From: Zootoca vivipara
Lineage: Eukaryota
Length of the DNA stretch: 64,000 nucleotides
Direction of reading: 5' to 3'
NCBI RefSeq assembly: GCF_963506605.1
Contig: NC_083288.1
Coordinates: 40,424,001 to 40,488,000 of the forward strand
The notes beneath the pieces are model-generated. The model was given only the letters and a program-made list of their open reading frames with translations, ran no database searches and was not told the DNA's origin. This document shows positions 58,808-64,000 of this stretch, piece by piece (the stretch's first letter is position 1; every line of letters starts with the position of its first letter). The position numbers were made by a program, and so were the translations under genes.

Positions 58808-60710
58808 AGCTGGAAGGGTGGGGGGTGGGGTTTGGAGATGTGGCTAAGATACAATGATCCTATCCTACACCATTCTCTACTAAAGTAACCCATACTCTGA
58901 AAAAGAACAGAATTTGACAATCTATTTTAAATTACGATCAATCAGCACTGACCATGAGCCCCTTTGATGCTGTCACCTGACATTACAGTACAATGACCCA
59001 TACACCATTGGGTAGTTCTCCATCCAGTTCCCCATACTTGAATTATGTGAATCAATTGCACTGCAAGTTTCCCCTTTACCATGCAAGCATTGTCCCTCCA
59101 CCCCCCAGCAACACTGCATGGAGTCTTATGTCCTGAGCCCTCCAAGTGGAGTCTAAGATACGTGTCACAGACCAGAGGTCAGGTACTTGGCGACTTTTGC
59201 TAGGACCTATTCTATGGCTCTGGAACGCTTTCCCAATTATGTTATATTACTTATTTTTCTTTTTTCTTTTGGCTACCCTTGGAGGCTGCTACATGAGGAG
59301 CAGGGTATGAATCCCTAGAATCACGTACAAGTAATTAGAGAACTTTATGTCATGTCAGGCTAGAATAAATTGCAGACACTAAGCTTTGCAAACAAGTGTA
59401 GATTTTACTCACAGATTTTGAAAAGTTACATCAAACAAGTCTCCATCTGTTAGCAGTAGAATGAAGAAGAAAATGTACCAAATGATTAAAAAAGAAAGAA
59501 AGTGGCTTCCTTACAAAATCCTTTCCTTTGCATTAGCAAAGATTCAGGTTGTAAAAATGCCCTTTTAGAGAGACATTTCATTCACGTGTAGCATTTGCTG
59601 TGCTGGGAGCCCAAACCACATGGCTCCTTTTTCGAGGCAACAGTAGAAAGTGACAAAGGGGTGGGCGGGGAGGAAGCAAATACACTGGTACCTCAGGTTA
59701 AGAACTTAATTAGTTCTGGAGGTCTGTTCTTAACTTGAAACTGTTCTTAACCTGGGGTACCACTTTAGCTAATAGGGCTTCCCGCTGCCGCCGCACTGCC
59801 GCCACATGATTTCTGTTTTCATCCTGAAGCAAAGTTCTTAACCCGAGGTACTATTTCCGGTTCACTGGAGTCTGTAACCTGAAGCCTCTGTAACCTGAAG
59901 CGTCTGTAACCCGAGGTACCACTGTACTGCTGGGAGCCTGTTAAACTCCACCCACTGGCGACCTGAGCTCAGGGCTTAGGTTAACCCTTTCATGCATACA
60001 AGCATGAGTTGGTTACTATATATTACAACAAAGAGATCTATATTTCAGTGTTGGAAAGTTAAATCCTCATTGTCTATTTTACTCAGTGGTCTGAATATTT
60101 TACTGCCCTTTCCACATTTGAACATGTATCTCATCACCAACAGTCCCATTTGGATATCTATTTGGACAAATGGATGACTCCTGTTCACACGTCTGTCAAA
60201 ACACTCCTTTATTCATACAAGAACTGGATTACACAGGGGAGCCTAGTCACCGTGAAACTTGCTGCAAATGGTAACCAGTTATGTACAGTCACACCTCGGG
60301 TTACAGTCGCTTCAGGTTGCGTCTTTTCGGGTTGCGCTCTGCGGTGAACCGAGAAGTACCGGAATGGGTTACTTCTGGGTTTCGGCATGCGTGCATGCGC
60401 AGAAGCACTAAATAGCACTTTGCGCATGCGCAGAAGCGCTGAATTGCGACCCGCGTGTGCACAGATGTGGATTGCGAATGCTGCGGGTTGCGAACGTGCT
60501 TCCCGCACGGATCACGTTCGAAACCCGAGTGTCCACTGTATTTAACTTTTCATCTTTTAGGAGCCAGGCCACTGCAACGGGAAGAAATACCTTAATACTG
60601 GGTTAGGAGCTGTTGGGATCTGTGGTGAGCCACTGAGCTGCAGGTAACAGCTTCTCAGTGATGCACCCTGAGGTCCTAGACTCACTCCTTATTTCCAGGC
60701 CACTGGATCC
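58213..60710 (+). repeat. Duplicate of 50917-53545
   Basis: Collinear near-identity including both MITEs, up to ccactggatcc where the copia element begins. Confidence 0.9.
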
Positions 60711-60818
60711 TGTTAGGGTTAAAAGCAAAATCAGCAGAAACTGGTTGAGAAACTTACACATAGAGACCAAGACTTAAACAAATGCTTGGTTTAATGGAGA
60801 AAGTAAAAATAACAAAAA

Positions 60819-63800
60819 TTATTTTGTTATCTGTGTATATTCATGTTTAGTTTTTGTAGAAATTAGTATATCATCTACAAACACACATAATTTGGTCACA
60901 GAATTTCCATTTTCTTTTGTAAATACACAGTTATCTGCCTTGCCTTGTGTAAAGCCAAAATTCAGCAATTCCTTCACTAAAGTCTGATGCCAGTTTTTAC
61001 CACTCTGATGCAAACCATAAAGTTTGCACACTACTCCTTTAGTGGCGATTACGCCATCAGGGACACGCATAAAAATTTGTTCTTCTAAATCTGCAAACAA
61101 ATAGGCAGTTTTTATATCTACATGATAGACAGAATGTCCACGCTGGGATGCATCTTTTAACAAAAGTTTAACAGTTTCATACTTTATGCTTGGTGAGTAA
61201 CACAAATCATAGTCTTCACCTGGGATTTGCTGGAAACCTCTGGCTACTAACCTAGCCTTGTACCTTACAACTTCGTTTTTATCATTCATTTTCACTTTAT
61301 AAACCCATTTTGAATCAATAACTCTCATGTCTGGGGTTTGTGGTACAAGAGACCAAGTGTTATGCTCTTTTAAAGAAGCTATTTCAGCATCCATAGCTTT
61401 GTACCAATTTACAGCTTCATGCAAAGGTAATTTTTGAACATCGTTTTAGCATTTTGGCTCAAAAACTGCTTTATTGGCATACACAGTATATAACTGCTCT
61501 TTTGAAAACCGTCTTGGTTCCTGTCTCTTTCTGTCTGAACGTGTTAGTCCTGAAGAAGAGCTAGGCCCTTCAGAATCAGTAGAACTATTTGGACTTCTAG
61601 CTTCAGACTGTAAATTGCTATCATCAGACTGATGAGACTCTTGTGGGCTTTTCTTACTTTTAGAAAACTCAGAAGAACTTAACCTTTCTTTAGGTGTCTG
61701 TGTCTTTAAATTTTCAAACAAATCACCAGACACAACAGGCTTTTCGTCTTCAGATTCACTAGTATCCCCTGCTCCAGCTTCTCCCTCTTCTACTTCTACT
61801 TCCTCCTCATCAGCATTTTCTAAACCATCACTATCTTGAAAAATAGCAACTCTATTCCAATTTACAGTTTCAATCATGCTTCTGGTAATATGAAATTTAC
61901 CAGTTGCTGGTACATAAACTCTGTATGCCCCCTGCTGGTAGCCCATAAACTTTCCTTGAACACTACGCTCATCCAACTTGTGTCTAGCAGGGTAGTGAAT
62001 AATAACGTCTGAACCCCAAATTCGCAGGTATTTTAAATTAGGGCGTTTTTTAAACAACATTTCATAGGGTGTAACATTTAAACTAGAATGATAGGATCTG
62101 TTTTTAACAAAAAGATAGGCATGAAAAGATTCCGCCCAATATTCTTTCCCCAAATTAGCATCATGCAAGTAAGTTTTAACACCTGCCTGCAAATCACGTT
62201 GCACTACTTCTACAATCCCATTCTGCCAAGGACTTCTAGGGCAGGACAACTCGTGAACAGCCCCCTGCGCTTCCAGGAAATGTGAAAATTCCTCAGAAAC
62301 AAATTCTCCCCCCCTGTCAGAAAACAAATGCTTTATAGGTTTGTTAAAGTGGGTTTTTACCCAGTTGCAAAAAATCTTGTACTTCTCAAGTGCTTGTGAC
62401 TTTTCAGCAATGGTGTAAACAAAACAATATCTGCTGTACTGATCAATAAGAGTAAGCCAATATTTTGAATTTCCTAAGGAAGGAGGGAGTGGCCCTACTA
62501 AATCACAATGCACACGTTCAAATGGCTCTCTGTCTTTATCACATCTGTGAAATTTAAATGTCCCAAAAGTCTATGCGCCTCATGAATGCATCCGGAGTGA
62601 GGCTTTACATTTCTCAGCCCCTGACTTGGCTGGGTTACTCTACAGTTCACAGGTGGCTGTGAATGCTTTTTAAAATATAGTCTATATAAACCTTCAGACT
62701 CTCTGGCATACAATACATGCTTTCCCCCTTTGTAGAACTCACATAGTGATTTTGTGAAGCACACAGTTACTCCTTGGCGTGCAAAGCAACTTACTGATAA
62801 TAAATTGTCCACTGATGGGCAGTAAGTGCAATTTGCTATTGTGATGTTTAAGGAGTCAAGTTTCACAGTACCTCTGCCAAGCGACTGTAGAACGTCGGAG
62901 TTGGCCAGATGAATGGTGCCAATTTCCTCTTCGAAAGAAACAAACAGACTTCAGTCGTTACAAAGATGAATTGACGCCCCGGAATCTACTATAAACGATT
63001 TCCACGTGTCATCTTTAATTACTTTACGACCTAATTCACGAACATGGAACGCTCGCGGCTCACGTCCATCTTTACGATGTGCTGCCGACTGCTGGGTTGC
63101 TGTCTGTGATTTACGAAATGGAACGGACCCTGAAGCATTTTGCTTTTTAAATCTGCAGTCCCTCGCAAGGTGCCCCTGCTTTTTACAAAACCAGCAATGT
63201 TTGGAAGTTTTGAAAGCAGATAAATCACCACAGACTTGCATGCGGCGTTCCTCATTTTTAGAAATAGGAGTGCTAATCCCACAAGCCTCCCTTCTGTCCA
63301 GCTCGCCCATCAATCTTGCTGTTACCCCTTCCACAGTTAATTTTGCTGGAGGTACAGCAGATATCTGACTAGCTATGGCATCATAGTCTTCACCAAGAGA
63401 ACAAAGAATAATAAACACATATTGAATGTCAGTTATATCTACGTCTCTTTGAATTAGTTCGCCGCGTATCGCCTCCAGACGTCTTAAATGTGCTGCCAGG
63501 TCGCCTCCAGGCTGCAGCCTTGTCTGGTACAGGCGTTTAAAAAATGTTAGAGCAGACGCTGACTCCTTTCTAATGTGCACTGCCGTAAGACTGTCCCACA
63601 TTTCTTTGGCAGTTTTCTTGTTTCTTATATACACAACTTGCTGATCACTAACAGACAAGTTAATTAATGCCCTTGCTTTAGCATCACCTTTCGACCAGGC
63701 ATCGGTCATAGGAGCAGGAGGGTCCTCGGTCACGTACTTCCACACATCACGGGAAGTTAGAAGTGCTTCCATGCGAAAGGACCATAAACTGTAGTTCTCG

Positions 63801-63856
63801 GCCGTTAGCTGCGGGAATGTTAAAGCCTTTTCAGCCTCAGCAACACGGTCTGCCAT
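60819..63856 (-). pseudogene. Copia gag-pol polyprotein, disrupted
   Basis: ATG 63856; CCHC knuckle CWFCKKQGHLARDC; protease IVDSGAS; integrase HCDLVGP/SDRGGEF/QNGIVE; RT KARLVARGF, DIKTAYL, FVDD. Stops at 62951 and 61446, frameshift near 62530, truncated after FVDD. Confidence 0.92.
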
Positions 63857-63965
63857 GCTGGAACTTTTCAACCACCAGCCCACAAAACCGTTGCAGCAGA
63901 AAAGAGGAAAAAACCTTTCTAAACCTTTCTCCAAAAACTAACATGTGCAGTTCCACACTCAACCA

Positions 63966-63979
63966 CTGGGCCCATAACC
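63966..63979 (-). promoter_or_regulatory. Primer-binding site GGTTATGGGCCCAG (internal tRNAiMet, copia/hemivirus type)
   Basis: Reverse complement of ctgggcccataacc, 4 nt inside the LTR end ...CCCTAACA. Confidence 0.9.
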
Positions 63980-64000
63980 AAGATGTTAGGGTTAAAAGCA

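Larger units (their letters stand above)
60711..64000 (-). mobile_element. Ty1/copia LTR retrotransposon, defective (5' LTR runs off the window)
   Basis: Domain order gag-PR-IN-RT; identical LTR end tgttagggttaaaagca at 60711 and 63984; PBS next to the 5' LTR. Confidence 0.95.

Noticed and set aside
62951-62953. Programmed stop read-through between gag and pol
   Set aside because: The stop lies inside the protease after DSGAS, fits a CGA>TGA CpG mutation, and the element has other lesions.
62951-63856. Domesticated gag gene
   Set aside because: Still flanked by PBS/LTR and inserted after a recent duplication; an open frame is expected from young age.

Overview
Eukaryotic vertebrate DNA, not microbial. 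Sauria SINEs, BovB/RTE, L2, CR1 and hAT/Tigger MITEs point to a squamate, probably a lacertid lizard (inference). 1-8244 is the 3' part of a spliced TRIM69/nuclear-factor-7/A33-like B30.2 (PRY-SPRY) gene, with 5 exons visible. 14.3-58.8 kb is a + strand olfactory receptor (OR) cluster: one OR10-like gene, five OR5V1-like paralogs, one OR11A1-like gene and two OR5V1-like 3' fragments, built by tandem/segmental duplication. 60.7-64 kb is a decayed Ty1/copia element on the - strand with a half-tRNAiMet primer site. Main unexpected results: (1) all five full-length OR5V1-like genes have a conserved upstream mini coding exon (ATG plus 5-7 codons, phase-0 GT donor). It splices in frame to the main exon in four copies, including one whose usual ATG is mutated to ATT, so these appear to be split-CDS olfactory receptors. 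(2) A TSD-flanked pre-tRNA-Pro/Sauria-SINE chimeric retrocopy, itself split by a hAT MITE, has rewritten the C-terminus of one OR. Family names come from recalled motifs, not from database searches; coordinates were counted by hand.
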